Origin: Eledone cirrhosa
Lineage: Eukaryota
Reading direction: 5' to 3'
Length of the DNA: 64,000 nt
Assembly (NCBI GenBank): GCA_964016885.1
Contig: OZ024748.1
Coordinates: 38,440,001-38,504,000, forward strand
Shown: positions 12,248-24,642 of the stretch, piece after piece
Numbering within the stretch: the first letter of the stretch is position 1
Layout of the letters: each line of letters begins with the position of its first letter
The notes under the pieces: generated by a model
What the model was told of the DNA's origin: nothing
Databases searched by the model: none
Seen by the model: the letters and a program-made list of their open reading frames with translations, nothing else
Program-made: the position numbers and the translations under genes

Positions 12248-15200
12248 TGATGTAGTGTGGTGTGGTGGCGTGGTGGTGTGGGGTGTAGTGTGGTGTGGTG
12301 GTGTAGTGTGGTGTGGTGGTGTAGTGTGGTGTGGTGGCGTGGTGGTGTGTGGTGTAGTGTGGTGGTGTAGTGTGGTGTGGTGGAGTAGTGTGGTGTAGTG
12401 TGGTGTAGTGGGGTTGTGTAGTAGGGTGTGGTGGTGTAGTGTGGTGTTGTAGTGTGGTGGTTTGTGGTGTAGTGTGGTGTAGTGTGGTGGTGTAGTGTGG
12501 TGTGGTGGAGTAGTGTGGTGTAGTATGGTGTAGTGTGGTGGCGTGGTGGTATGTGGTGTAGTGTGGTAGTGTGGTGTGGTGGTGTAGTGTGGTGTAGTAT
12601 GGTGTAGTGTGGTGGTGTAGTGGTGTGTGGTGTAGTGTGGTGGTGTAGTGTGGTGTGGTGGTGTAGTGGTGTGTGGTGTAGTGTGGTAGTGGTGTGGTGT
12701 AGTGTGGTGGTGTAGTGTGGTGGTGCAGTGTGGTGTAGTGTGGTGTAATGTGGTGTAGTGTGGTGGTGTAGTGTGGTGTAGTGTAGTGTGGTGTAGTGTG
12801 GTGGGTGGTGTAGTGTGGTGGTGTAGTGTGTGGTGGTGTGTGGTGTAGTGTGTGGTGTAGTGTGGTGGTGTAGTGTGGTGTGGTGTAGTGTGGTGTGGTG
12901 TAGTGTGGTGTGGTGAGTGGTGGTGTAGTGTGGTGTGGTAGTGTGGTGGTGTAGTGTGGTGTGGTGTGGTGGGTGGTGTAGTGTGGTGGTGTAGTGTGGT
13001 GTGGTGGTGCAGTGTGGTGGTGTAGTGTGGTGCGGTGGTGTAGTGGTGAGTGGTGTGGTGTGGTGGTGTGGTGGCGTGGTGTGGTGGCGTGGTGTAGTGT
13101 GGTGTAGTGTGGTGGTGGTGTGTGGTGTAGTGTGGTGGTGGTGTGTGGTGTAGTGTAGTGTAGTGTGGTGTGGTGAGTGGTGGTGTAGTAGTGTGGTAGT
13201 GTGGTGGTGTAGTGTGGTGTAGTGTAGTGTGGTGTAGTGTAGTGTGGTGTGGTGTGGTGGGCGGTGTAGTGTGGTGTTGTAGTGTGGTGGTTTGTGGTGT
13301 AGTGTGGTGGTGTAGTGTGGTGTGGTGGTGTAGTGTGGTGGTGTAGTGTGGTGTGGTGGTGTAGTATGGTGTAGTGTGGTGGCGTGGTCGTGTGTGGTGT
13401 AGCGTGGTGGTGTAGTGTGGTGTGGTGGAGTAGTGTGGTGTAGTATGGTGTAGTGTGGTGGCGTGGTGGTATGTGGTGTAGTGTGGTGGTGTAGTATGGT
13501 GTGGTGGTGTAGTGTGGTGTAGTATGGTGTAGTGTGGTGGTGTAGTGGTGTGTGGTGTAGTGTGGTGTGGTGGTGTAGTGGTGTGGTGGCGTGGTGTGGT
13601 GGCGTGGTGTAGTGTGGTGGTGGTGTGTGGTGTAGTGTGGTGGTGGTGTGTGGTGTAGTGTAGTGTAGTGTGGTGTGGTGAGTGGTGGTGTAGTGTGGTG
13701 TGGTAGTGTGGTGGTGTAGTGTGGTGTAGTGTAGTGTGGTGTAGTGTAGTGTGGTGTGGTGGGCGGTGTAGTGTGGTGTTGTAGTGTGGTGGTTTGTGGT
13801 GTAGTGTGGTGTAGTGTGGTGGTGTAGTGTGGTGTGGTGGTGTAGTATGGTGGTGGCGTGGTGGTGTGTGGTGTAGTGTGGTGTAGTGTAGTGTGGTGTA
13901 GTGTAGTGTGGTGTGGTGGGCGGTGTAGTGTGGTGTTGTAGTGTGGTGGTTTGTGGTGTAGTGTGGTGTAGTGTGGTGGTGTAGTGTGGTGTGGTGGTGT
14001 AGTATGGTGGTGGCGTGGTGGTGTGTGGTGTAGTGTGGTGGTGTAGTGTGGTGTGGTGGAGTAGTGTGGTGTAGTATGGTGTAGTGTGGTGGCGTGGTGG
14101 TATGTGGTGTAGTGTGGTGGTGTAGTGTGGTGTGGTGGTGTAGTGTGGTGTAGTATGGTGTAGTGTGGTGGTGTAGTGGTGTGTGGTGTAGTGTGGTGGT
14201 GTAGTGTGGTGTGGTGGTGTAGTGGTGAGTGGTGTAGTGTGGTAGTGGTGTGGTGTAGTGTGGTGGTGTAGTGTGGTGGTGCAGTGTGGTGTAGTGTGGT
14301 GTAATGTGGTGTAGTGTGGTGGTGTAGTGTGGTGTAGTGTAGTGTGGTGTAGTGTGGTGGGTGGTGTAGTGTGGTGGTGTAGTGTGTGGTAGTGTGTGGT
14401 GTAGTGTGGTGGTGTAGTGTGGTGTGGTGTGGTGTAGTGTGGTGTGGTGTAGTGTAGTGTGGTGTGGTGAGTGGTGGTGTAGTGTGGTGTGGTGAGTGGT
14501 GGTGTAGTGTGGTGTGGTAGTGTGGTGGTGTAGTGTGGTGTAGTGTAGTGTGGTGTGGTGTGGTGGGTGGTGTAGTGTGGTGGTGTAGTGTGGTGTGGTG
14601 GTGTAGTGGTGTGTGGTGTAGTGTGGTAGTGGTGTGGTGTAGTGTGGTGGTGTAGTGTGGTGGTGCAGTGTGGTGTAGTGTGGTGTAATGTGGTGTAGTG
14701 TGGTGGTGTAGTGTGGTGTAGTGTGGTGGGTGGTGTAGTGTGGTGGTGTAGTGTGTGGTGTAGTGTGGTGGTGTAGTGTGGTGTGGTGTGGTGTAGTGTG
14801 GTGTGGTGTAGTGTAGTGTGGTGTGGTGAGTGGTGGTGTAGTGTGGTGTGGTGAGTGGTGGTGTGGTGAGTGGTGGTGTAGTGTGGTGTAGTGTAGTGTG
14901 GTGTGGTGTGGTGTGGTGGGTGGTGTAGTGTGGTGGTGTAGTGTGGTGTGGTAGTGTGGTGCGGTGGTGTAGTTGTGAGTGGTGTGGTGTGGTGGTGTGG
15001 CGGCGTGGTGTAGTGTGGTGTAGTGTGGTGGTGGTGTGTGGTGTAGTGTGGTGGTGGTGTGTGGTGTAGTGTGGTGGTAGTGTGTGGTGTAGTGTGGTGG
15101 TGGTTTGTGGTGTGGTGTGGTGGTGTGTGATGTAGTGTGGTGTGGTGGTGTGGTGTGGTGGTGTAGTGTGGTGGTGTAGTATGGTGGTGTAGTGTGGTGT

Positions 15201-15810
15201 GGTAGTGTGGTGTGGTAGCGTGGTGGTGTAGTGTGGTGGTGTAGTGGTGTAGTGTGGTGTGGTGTGGTGGTGTGGTGGCGTGTGGTGGTGTGGTGGCGTG
15301 GTGTAGTGTGGTGTGTGGTGTGGTGGTGTGGTGGTGTTTGGTGTAGTGTGGTGGTGTGTGGTGTAGTGGTGTGTGGTGTAGTGTGGTGTAGTGTGGTGTG
15401 GTGGTGTGTGGTGTAGTGTAGTGTGGTGGTGTGTGGTGTGGTGTAGTGTAGTGTGGTGTGGTGATGTAGTGTCAAGTGTGGTGTGGTGTAGTGTGGTGGT
15501 GTAGTGTGGTGTGGTAGTGTGGTGGTGTGGTGATGTGGTAGTGTGGTGGTGTAGTGTGGTGGTGTGGTGTGGTGTGGTGGTGTGGTGTGGTGATGTAGTG
15601 TGGTGATGTAGTGGTGTAGTGTGGTGGTATAGTGTGGTGGTGTAGTGTGGTGGTATAGTGTGGTAGTGTAGTGTGGTGGTGTAGTGTGGTGGTGTGGTGT
15701 GATGTAGTGTGGTGGTGTGGTGTGGTGATGTAGTGTGGTGATGTAGTGGTGTAGTGTGGTGGTATAGTGTGGTGGTATAGTGTGGTGGTGTAGTGTGGTG
15801 GTGTGGTGTT
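12248..15810. repeat. GTG/GTA/GT compound simple-sequence array, copy 2 (expanded)
   Basis: Same start and end sequence and same flanks as copy 1, but ~1.5 kb longer. Confidence 0.95.
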
Positions 15811-16329
15811 TACACACAAAGCCCACACACCAACACCAACACACACACACTCTCTCTCTATGTTTTCGTCCTATAATGTTATAATGTTTTTGATGTGGAC
15901 CCTTTGTGTTTAATAAAGAAATCATTATTATTATTACTCAGAATTTGTTGATCCCTTATCTTGGCCGAATGCTCGCTTTTGAGAAATGTAATGTATTTCC
16001 TCCTATTTTTCACGTCTCTCCAATGTTTCCTAGTCCATCTACCTATCAGTATTATATCCCCCGTTTAACTTAGAATACAATCTTTCCAATGTTATTTGAT
16101 AATTCTGTCAGACCTTCACAACAATCTTCTTGTATTTTAAACTTCCATAATTCTGTCAGACCCTCAAAACAATCTTCTTCTTCTCGTATTTAAACTGATT
16201 ACTGTTATATGTTCATTTAATTATGGTCGAATTTGCAGGAGTATATTATAAAAATAACATTTTAGTTAACTTCCCCATATCCTTTGCCCCTCTTCCCCCA
16301 CTCGCCACCATTATTATTTGGCCCAATCA

Positions 16330-16514
16330 AAGGGCGATGGATTGCAGTATCGATAGAGGGTCGGACGTCATGCTTTGACGCGTAGAGTTACAGCCCTTGC
16401 CATTCTGTGTTCAAATCCCACCGAGGTTAAGTTTGCCTTTCATCCTTACGGGGGTCGATAAAAGTACCAGTAATACACTGGGTAATTGCTGGCCTTGTGC
16501 CAAAAGTATAAACA
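16330..16514 (+). mobile_element. SINE family A with a 20-bp TSD
   Basis: TSD ATTATTATTTGGCCCAATCA at 16310-16329 and 16515-16534. Confidence 0.9.
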
Positions 16515-16749
16515 ATTATTATTTGGCCCAATCATAATTCAGCGGCTTATATGTTTCTCTTTCACAAAAACACCGCCCCGGCTATTCACTCCTTAAGTTT
16601 AGACCTGGTTGCTTTTCGATTTGCTAGATGGACTGTGGGATTCTGTAGAGTCTGAAGAATCTGGACACTCAATGACAATGTCAAAGATAAAAATAAATTT
16701 ATCTTATGTTGCCGGACGAGAATGCAAAGACTCCTCTTTATTTCGGCCA

Positions 16750-19700
16750 CGGATGGCTAACATAACCCATCTCCCTCAGTCGTCCCTGCGCCCTATCCTT
16801 CCCACCCACCAAACGCAATCCAAAACTTCAGAATTGGTACCATGAATGTAGGCACTTTAAAAGGTCGCTCTAACGAGGTTGTAGAGATGCTTGAACATAA
16901 GGAAGTCGATGTTTACTGTGTTCAAGAGACCAGGTGGAGGAGTGAGACTGCTAGATTCATTGTGGGTAATAAATGATGCTATAAACTTTTCTGGGTGGGA
17001 AATGACAATGGGCTGAATGGTGTAGGAATTATGTTAGCAGAAAAATGGGTAGATAAGGTAATAGACATAAATAGAGTGAATGACAGAATAATTAAAATAA
17101 GACTTGTCCTAAATAGAACTACTGACAATAATATCCACTTATGCACCCCAATCTGGACTGCCTGGCATTGTAAAAGATAGATTCTATGAGTCGCTAATGC
17201 TCACTACCTCCCAAATAACTGACAGTGACTACATAATTATTGCTGGCGACCTAAATGGTCATGTTGGACAACAATGTGACGGCTATGACGGAATTCATGG
17301 AGGCTATGGGTTTGGTACTAGAAATGAGGAAGGCTTCAGAATCCTGGAATTCTGTGACGCTAATAACCTAACCATCTGTAACACAAACTTCAAAAAACGA
17401 GACAATCACTTGATCACCTATAAATCAGGGGAACACGCTAGTCAGATAGATTATATCCTTACCGGAGGACATGACAGAGTGTCTGTTGTAAACACTAAAT
17501 CCCTCCCTCGTGAAGAATGCATCTCCCAACATAGCCTCATAGTTAGCGACCTCATAGTTAGGACAAGACGTACTCGACAACAGAGGAGGACTACCCTAAG
17601 GAGAAGAATATGGAAGTTAAAGGACCCCACAGCCAGTAACAGATTTAAAAACATATTACTTGATGCTTTTGACAGTAAGGAACAGCAATTAGAGTCGTAC
17701 AATATAGAGGAACAGTGGGAATTCCTGAAAGCTAACCTGCTGAAGGTGACAGATGAAATCTGTGGCTGGAGCAGACCTGTAGGCAGGAGGAGAGTAACGT
17801 GGTGGTGGCACAGTAAGGTGGAGGAGTCGATCAGGGCCAAAAAGCAGGCTTGGAAAGTATGGCGGGATGGGGGAAGTAGAGAACACTATCAAGTGGCCAG
17901 GGGGCAAGCTAGGAGACAAGTGTACTTTGCAAGAAGGGAAGCAGAGGAAAGAAAGTTCAAGCATGTTCTACAACGCGAGGACCAAAAACATGAGGTGTTA
18001 AGGATTGCTAGGCAATGTGTCAAGGAAAACCGTGATATTGTTGGGGAGAAGTGTGTCCATAATGATGATGGTGTACTTGCCATTACTGATACTGATAAGA
18101 GGGTAGCTTGGAAGTGTCACTACGAGAGGCTACTAAATGAGGAAAATAAATGGGAAAAAGATAGTCTGCCCCAAATCGATCCAATAGAGGGACCAGCAGT
18201 GCTAGTTGAAGGTAGTATAATAAGTAAGGCAACCAAAGATAAGAAAATGGGCAAGGCAGCTGGGCCTTTGGAGATAGTTGCTGAAATGCTGAAAGTATCT
18301 GGAATGGTGGGACACACTATGGTCATCAGAATAGTAAACCAAGTCATACAGAACGGGGTCATACCAAATGACTAGTGTAGCAGCATCAGCCTTAACTGCT
18401 ACAAAGATAAAGGAGATGCCCTAGATAGGGGAAACTATAGAGGCATTAAATTAATTGACCAGGTCATGAAGGTCACAGAAAAAGTTATAGCGCAACTAAT
18501 CAGAGAGTGAATTGATCTAGATGAAATGCAGTTTGGGTTTGTGTCAGGTAAAAGTACCACCTTTTCCTTGTATGACAACTACAGAAGTACCTAGCTAAAA
18601 GTAAACCGCTATACTAAGCTTTTTTTGACTTGGAGAAAGCCTTTGACAGAGACCCCCATGCCATTATCTGGTGAGCCCTTAGAAAACTAGGGGTTGATGA
18701 ATGGCCTGTGAGAGCTATACAAGCTACATATAAAGAAACAGTAAGCAAGGTTAGAATTAACAACGAATATAGCGAAGAATTTATCATAAAAGTTGGTGTT
18801 TATCAGGGCTCCGTCCTTAGCCCCCTCCTATTTATTATTGCCCTTCAGGCTATAACAGAGGAGTTCAAGACCGGCTGCCCATGGGAACTCCTATATGCAG
18901 ATGATCTAACGCTCATAGCTGAATCGATGGTTGAACTAGAGAAGAAATTCCAAACATGGAAGTATTGCCTAGAATCAAAAGGATTAAAGTTCTAGTATGT
19001 AGGAAGGAAAATAGGGCACAGGTCCCCTCTGGGAAATGGCCATGCTCAGTGTGTAGGAAAGGAGTAGGCAGAAATTCCATTTTATGTCCCAAATACAAAA
19101 TATGGGTGCATAAAAGATGTAATGGGATCATAGGTAAGCTATCTAAGAATGTAGATTTTATATGTGGCCGGTGCTCAGGTGCAATAAGTAGCAAGTGCCC
19201 ACAGGATACTAGCTCCTTCTATTACCCAGATGGCTCTATAGAAATAGTAGACACCTTCCGTTACCTGGGTCACAAAATCAGCAGTGGTGGAGGGTGCTCT
19301 GAAAGTACAGTAGCCAGAGTCAGAACGGGATGGAAAAAGTTCAGAGAGCTTATACCACTATTGGCCGCTAAAGGTTTCTCTCTAAAAATGAAAGGCAGAC
19401 TGTATGATGCCTGCATACGAACAGCAATGTTACATGGCAGTGAGGCATGGGCATTGTGTGCAGAGGATCTGCGCAGACTGGAGAGGAACGAAGCATGCAT
19501 GCTCTGTTAGATGTGTAATAGTAATATACGTGAACAGCAAAGCATAAATGAACTAAGTGAGAAATTAGGAATAAGAGGGATCAGATGTTGTTTACTCGAG
19601 AGAAGACTACGTTGCTATGGTCACGTGATGCGCATTAAAGACGACAGCTGTATAAAAAAGTGCAGGGCGATCAAAATTGATGTAAGTTATGGAGTAGGTA

Positions 19701-20210
19701 GACCCAGAAAAACCTGGGATGATTTGATAAATTCCGACCTTACACACTTACACCTCTCTAAGACAATGTCACTGGACCGAGATCTTTGGCACTACGCAGT
19801 AGTACAGAAAACCCGCCTTGCCTAAGTACAAAGCGAAACCTAGAGTTAGTAGGCACCTCTTAACCAAATATACACCCCCATCCTACTACCCCAACCCACA
19901 TCAACACCACCCCTTTCGATGTAAAGTTATGTTGGTACCACAACATCCAGTCCTAAATAAATGAGGTCGTGTAGGTGTCATAACAAAAAAAACAGACAGT
20001 CCACGTTGTAATGTGGCCATGTAGGTAACACGGTAAAAACCTCCCAGTCCACACTGTAAACGTGGTTGGTGTTAGGAAGGGCATCCAGCTGTAGAAAACC
20101 CGCCAGACAGTCCTACACGTGCGAGACGACGAATCTTGCCTCAAGTGGGATAATTCCTGTCTAAACCCATGCTAGCATGGAAGATGGACGTTAAACGATG
20201 ATGATGGTGA
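16750..20210 (+). mobile_element. RTE-clade non-LTR retrotransposon, near full length, decayed (APE endonuclease + RT + Cys/His finger)
   Basis: APE motifs (NVGTL, CVQETRW, GDLNGHVG, SQIDYIL). RT motifs (QGSVLSPLLF, LLYADDL, FRYLG) and GRPRKTW. Multiple stops and frameshifts; 3' (GAT)n tail. The 5' boundary is approximate. Confidence 0.93.
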
Positions 20211-20231
20211 ACGATGATTATTATTATTATT

Positions 20232-20305
<74 letters not shown>

Positions 20306-20307
<2 letters not shown>

Positions 20308-20516
20308 CAAATCATACACAAAACGCCAGCACCAACAGTTTTGCAAGAGATGTCAACATGAATGGACCTGTTATTTTTATCTAAAGATATTTTTTCCAAT
20401 TCCATCCCGCCCATCCCCTCAATCTATTTTATTTCTCATTGATGAAGGACTAGCGTCTGAAACGTTAAGACCCTCTTCCTGCTATATCTAGCGTTAACCT
20501 AATATATACCTTCCAT
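20306..20516 (+). repeat. PLE pseudo-LTR-like segment with a hammerhead motif (20431-20470); inverted copy of 23801-24011
   Basis: 211-bp inverted identity. Contains TTGATGA-AGGAC-TAGC-GTCT-GAAAC-GTT. Confidence 0.8.
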
Positions 20517-20715
20517 GGGCGGTGGATTGGCAGTATCGGTAGAGGGTCGGACGCCATGCTTTCCAGCATAGTTACATCCCTTTACGATCTGAGTTCAAAT
20601 CCCGCCGAGGTTGACTTTGCCTTTCATCCTTACGGGGTCGATAAAATAAAGTACCAGTAATGCACTGGGTAGTTGCTGGCCTTGTGCCTAAAGTAGAAAC
20701 AATTATTATTATTAT
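20517..20715 (+). mobile_element. SINE family A
   Basis: Full consensus with an (ATT)n tail. Confidence 0.85.
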
Positions 20716-20868
20716 TATTATATATAGATAGATAGAGAGGGGGAGGTAGATAGAGAGAGGGAAAGTATTTTAGAACATTTCTGACAAACTGTAGTGTTTG
20801 TGTGACAGACTGACAGAAAGGCTGTACTGTTATTATACTATATATCATGTATATGTTGTAACACTTAC

Positions 20869-20964
20869 CAAACATTGCAGTGTGAAGATGTTCTGGGAAT
20901 GGTTCTACAGTCGTTCTACCAGAGACAGCATGAGATTTAGAGACAATTAATTCATCTTCTCTTC
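20869..20964 (-). CDS. msrA: MsrA exon (G)REDELIVSKSHAVSGRTTVEPFPEHLHTAMF(G)
   Basis: 96 nt, acceptor tatctacag, donor gtaagt. Matches the H.V.G..TVEPFPEG..A.FG region that precedes GCFWG in animal MsrA; phase 1 joins on both sides. Confidence 0.95.
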
Positions 20965-21065
20965 CTGTAGATAAAACATAAAACATTACATTAGCTATAG
21001 CTTGCAGTAATATCTACACACACACGTGCTCACACACACACACACACATATATATTTATTATTAT

Positions 21066-21129
<64 letters not shown>

Positions 21130-21235
21130 GAAAAAATGTGAACTTTAGAAAACATTCTATACAGATGAGATTATATAAGGGAAATGATACAAAAAAAGGG
21201 GGTTGAAAAGCGCACCTGGTGTGTATATATATTCC

Positions 21236-23735
21236 AAACCGAGTCGTATGTCCCTCAAATGTTCGGCAAAACGGTCCACCATACGGCGGCCCGTTTGTCC
21301 GATATATAAAGACACGCAAAGGGAACACCGGAGGGCATAGACAACGTGGGTGGATGTGCAGGTGAAGGAATGGCAGATATGGAAAGACTCATTAGGGCCT
21401 GTAAGAGTGGTGAGGGTGGAAATAAAGGGACAAGTGTTGCAGCGGGAACGGGAACACGGATGAGGCTGGGTGGAGTTGTGGGAGAGGACGAAAAAGAACT
21501 GCAAACCAGGAGGTCGCAGAGGTTTCGGGCGCGCTTAAAAGCAGTAATGGGTAGGTTTGGAAAAAAGCGAGCAGTGACGGGGTCAGAAGAAGAAGAGAGG
21601 ATACGGAAGGAACGGAGGATATGTTGCCGGAGTGGTAGGGTGATGGGGTGGTAGGTGAGAGAGAAAGGAACACGGGTGTTGGGAGGGTGGGGGTGAGGTG
21701 AGAGGGCTGTGGTTAGGTCTGTTTTACGGGTACGGGTGAGAGCAGCTTGGATCAAGGTGGAGGATATCCACGCTGGATGAAGCAGGAAGCCATGCAAAAG
21801 TAATGGGTTTCGAAATCGTCGCCCTGGCTACAGAGACGACGAAGATGGAGGAATTGGGAATACGTTATGGAGTGTTTGGTGTGGCTTGGGTGGGAGGAGG
21901 TGAAGTCGAGATAAGTTTGGGAGTCTGTTAGTTTAATGTAGATGGAAGTAGAGAGGGTGTGGTGAGAGTGATTAATAGATAGAGAGATATCTTGAAAAGC
22001 GACAGAAGAATTGGAGATGGAGGCGGTGAAATTGAGAGCAGGATGGAAAGATTGGACAAAAGAAAACAGTCGAGCTGTTCTCGTGATAGAGAGGTGACGC
22101 CGATACAGTCGTCGATATAACGACCGTATAGCTCAGGAGTTGGTCCAGCGTACTGGGAGAAGAGCTGGGCTTCGACGTAGCCAACAAACAAGTTGGCATA
22201 GTTTGGACCCATTCTGGTTCCCATCGCTACCCCAGAGACCTGCTGGTAAAATTCACCCGAAAAAGAAAATCCATTGAGGGTGAGAACAAGTTCAGCCAGA
22301 CGGAGAAGGGTGGTAGTGTTGGGGTAAGGGGTAGGGCGTAAATCTAAAAAATGCTGGAGAGCGTGGAGGCCGTCATCATGAGGGATGACGGTATAGAGAG
22401 AAGTGATGTCCAGGGTAAAGAGAAGGCGGGAGGAACCAGGAGGGAAAGAGAAAGAGTTGAAAAGTCTAAGGGCATGATTTGTATCATGGATATGGGAGGG
22501 GAGATTGCCGACCAACGGGGCGAGGATGGTGTCTAAATATTCAGAAATTATCTCAGTGGGGCAGTTGCACGCAGAAACGGTAGGACAGCCAGGATTATGT
22601 TGTTTGTGTATTTTGGGGAGGAAGTAGATGGTGGGTGTGCGAGGGGTGCGTACAATAAGGTTGGTGGCTGTGGGGGGTAGGAGAGAGGAGGAGATGAGCT
22701 CGTGGATGGTGGAGGACACAAGTTGTTGATAGCGAGGTCGGAGAATAAAGGGCAGTAAAAAAGGGTATTGTGAAGCTGGCGGAGAGCCTCAGCCCTATAG
22801 AGGTCAGTGCTCCAAACCACCACAGCGCCACCTTTGTCAGCAGGTTTGATGACAATGTTATCGCGACACCGAAGGTTGCGAAGAGCGGAGAGATTTCGCG
22901 TGATGTTATAGCGATGAGAATGCTGGTGGAAACGGAACCGATTGACAGTACGCCAGCAAGTCTCGACAAAGGAGTCGAGGATGCTGAACTGGCCAGAGCT
23001 TGGCGTCCAATGTAATTGCCGGTGACTGAGATGAGTGAAGTCATCCGTCTGTGTCAATGATGGCGTGTCATGAAAAAAAGCTTTCAGCTTTAATCGACGG
23101 AAGAACTCTTCAGTCTCGGCACGTGTGCGGAACTCGTCGCAGGTAGATGTGGTTGGTATAAAACGCAAACCATGGGCGAGGAGGGAGCGCTCAGCTTCGG
23201 AGAGTGGTAAGTCCTGGGGTATGGTAACTACAGTGCAGGGACGTGAGGGAGTGAAAGAGGCGGAAGCGGAGGGGTCAAGGTGGTTGGGCAAAGCGTGTGC
23301 AGATACAGTGGTAGGAGACGGGATAGAGGGATTAGTGTTAGAGGGGATATGAGTATGGGTGGTGATGGCATGCGGGGAGCAGAGAGAGTCAAGTTTATGG
23401 TTTTTTGCGGAAGTGAGGAAATGGAAAAGGAGGCGATTGAGGTAAAGGATGAATTGGATAAGAGATTGGGCGAAGAAAGGGTGGCAAGTGGAGGAAAGAT
23501 GGAGGTAAGCCTTGGAGAGATCTCGGTCGAGAGAATGGATTTGAACGAGAGTTGATCGAATGGTCGCCCGCATGTGGTAGAGAATCGTGGAATATTTAAA
23601 TGCAAGATTCAAAGAAAATTTCAAAGATACAAAAGATTTCCTGGTGGAAGTTCAGGTGTACTCCGAGTTAGTATCCAGTTTCGAGGTGAAAGTCCAATCA
23701 GAAAATCCAACGAATTTTGAGAGGTCCACGTAAGC
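21236..23735 (-). mobile_element. Penelope-like retroelement (Neptune-type), frameshifted and 3'-truncated
   Basis: RT motifs KPADKGGAVVVW, YFLPKIHK, LDITSLYT, GVAMGTRMGPNYANLF and RYIDD. Cys linker CSRSRCNTC. GIY-YIG region VVYALRC..LYIGQTGR..RFAEH. (TA)n on both sides. Confidence 0.92.
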
Positions 23736-23759
23736 GTTGTTATATATATATATATGTAT

Positions 23760-24011
23760 GTAAAAGGTAAACAGAAATAACAACACAATCGGTACAGTAT
23801 ATGGAAGGTATATATTAGGTTAACGCTAGATATAGCAGGAAGAGGGTCTTAACGTTTCAGACGCTAGTCCTTCATCAATGAGAAATAAAATAGATTGAGG
23901 GGATGGGCGGGATGGAATTGGAAAAAATATCTTTAGATAAAAATAACAGGTCCATTCATGTTGACATCTCTTGCAAAACTGTTGGTGCTGGCGTTTTGTG
24001 TATGATTTGTT
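23760..24011 (-). repeat. PLE pseudo-LTR-like segment with a hammerhead motif (23847-23886)
   Basis: Reverse complement of 20306-20516 plus ~40 bp of extra 3' sequence; lies between (TA)n tracts. Confidence 0.8.
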
Positions 24012-24025
24012 ATATATATATATAT

Positions 24026-24405
24026 ATTAGAATTGGAGCTCTGAAATAGCAATATATATATGGATGTATATATAATGTATTTTGCAATACACTTTATGCT
24101 TAATTAAAAGCATTTTGAAGACCATAAGCTATTGTTTTAAAGTAGTGACAAATTCACTTACTTTGATCTCAGCAAACAGGGGAGATAAGCCGACAAGTCA
24201 ATGATCTCGGTAGACAGGAGGGGTAGTTGGCCTTGATAAGCTTCAACCAAAGCGAAACAAGACTTGTCGGCTTATCTGCCCTGTTTGCTGAGATCGAAGT
24301 AAGTGAATTTGTCACTACTTTAAAACAATAGCTTACGGTCTTCAAAATGCTTTTAATTAAGCATAAAGTGTATTGCAAAATACATTATATATACATCCAT
24401 ATATA
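24026..24405. mobile_element. Fold-back non-autonomous PLE-type element with a hammerhead (24230-24271 +)
   Basis: ~145-bp inverted arms. GCC-TTGATAA-GCTT..AAGC-GAAAC-AAGACTT-GTC-GGC. Related to 42315-42920. Confidence 0.8.
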
Positions 24406-24597
24406 TATATATATAATAATAATACTATTTATAGTTATGTATATAGTATCAACAACCATAAACAGGAAGGTCAGTAATTTCTTATTACCTTATTACCAGT
24501 AAGAGAAATAGCTCAATGTATGAACATCAGTTGTTTTACAGAGCAGGAAAATAAATAAATTATACAATTATCAAAGTTGTGTTCAAATCATTTAATA

Positions 24598-24642
24598 GCT
24601 GACAATCGTTTCTTCCAAACTCTTGTTTGGAGTCATCGGAGC
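24598..24642 (-). ncRNA. Type I hammerhead ribozyme motif (U4C core)
   Basis: GCT-CCGATGA-C-TCCAAAC-AAGA-GTTTGGA-A-GAAAC-GATT-GTC-AGC. Confidence 0.75.

Noticed and set aside
9738-15925. Long His/Thr/Pro ORFs (446, 688 and 1229 aa)
   Set aside because: They are translations of the GTG/GTA simple repeat, which lacks stops on the CAC strand, and they lie within an msrA intron.
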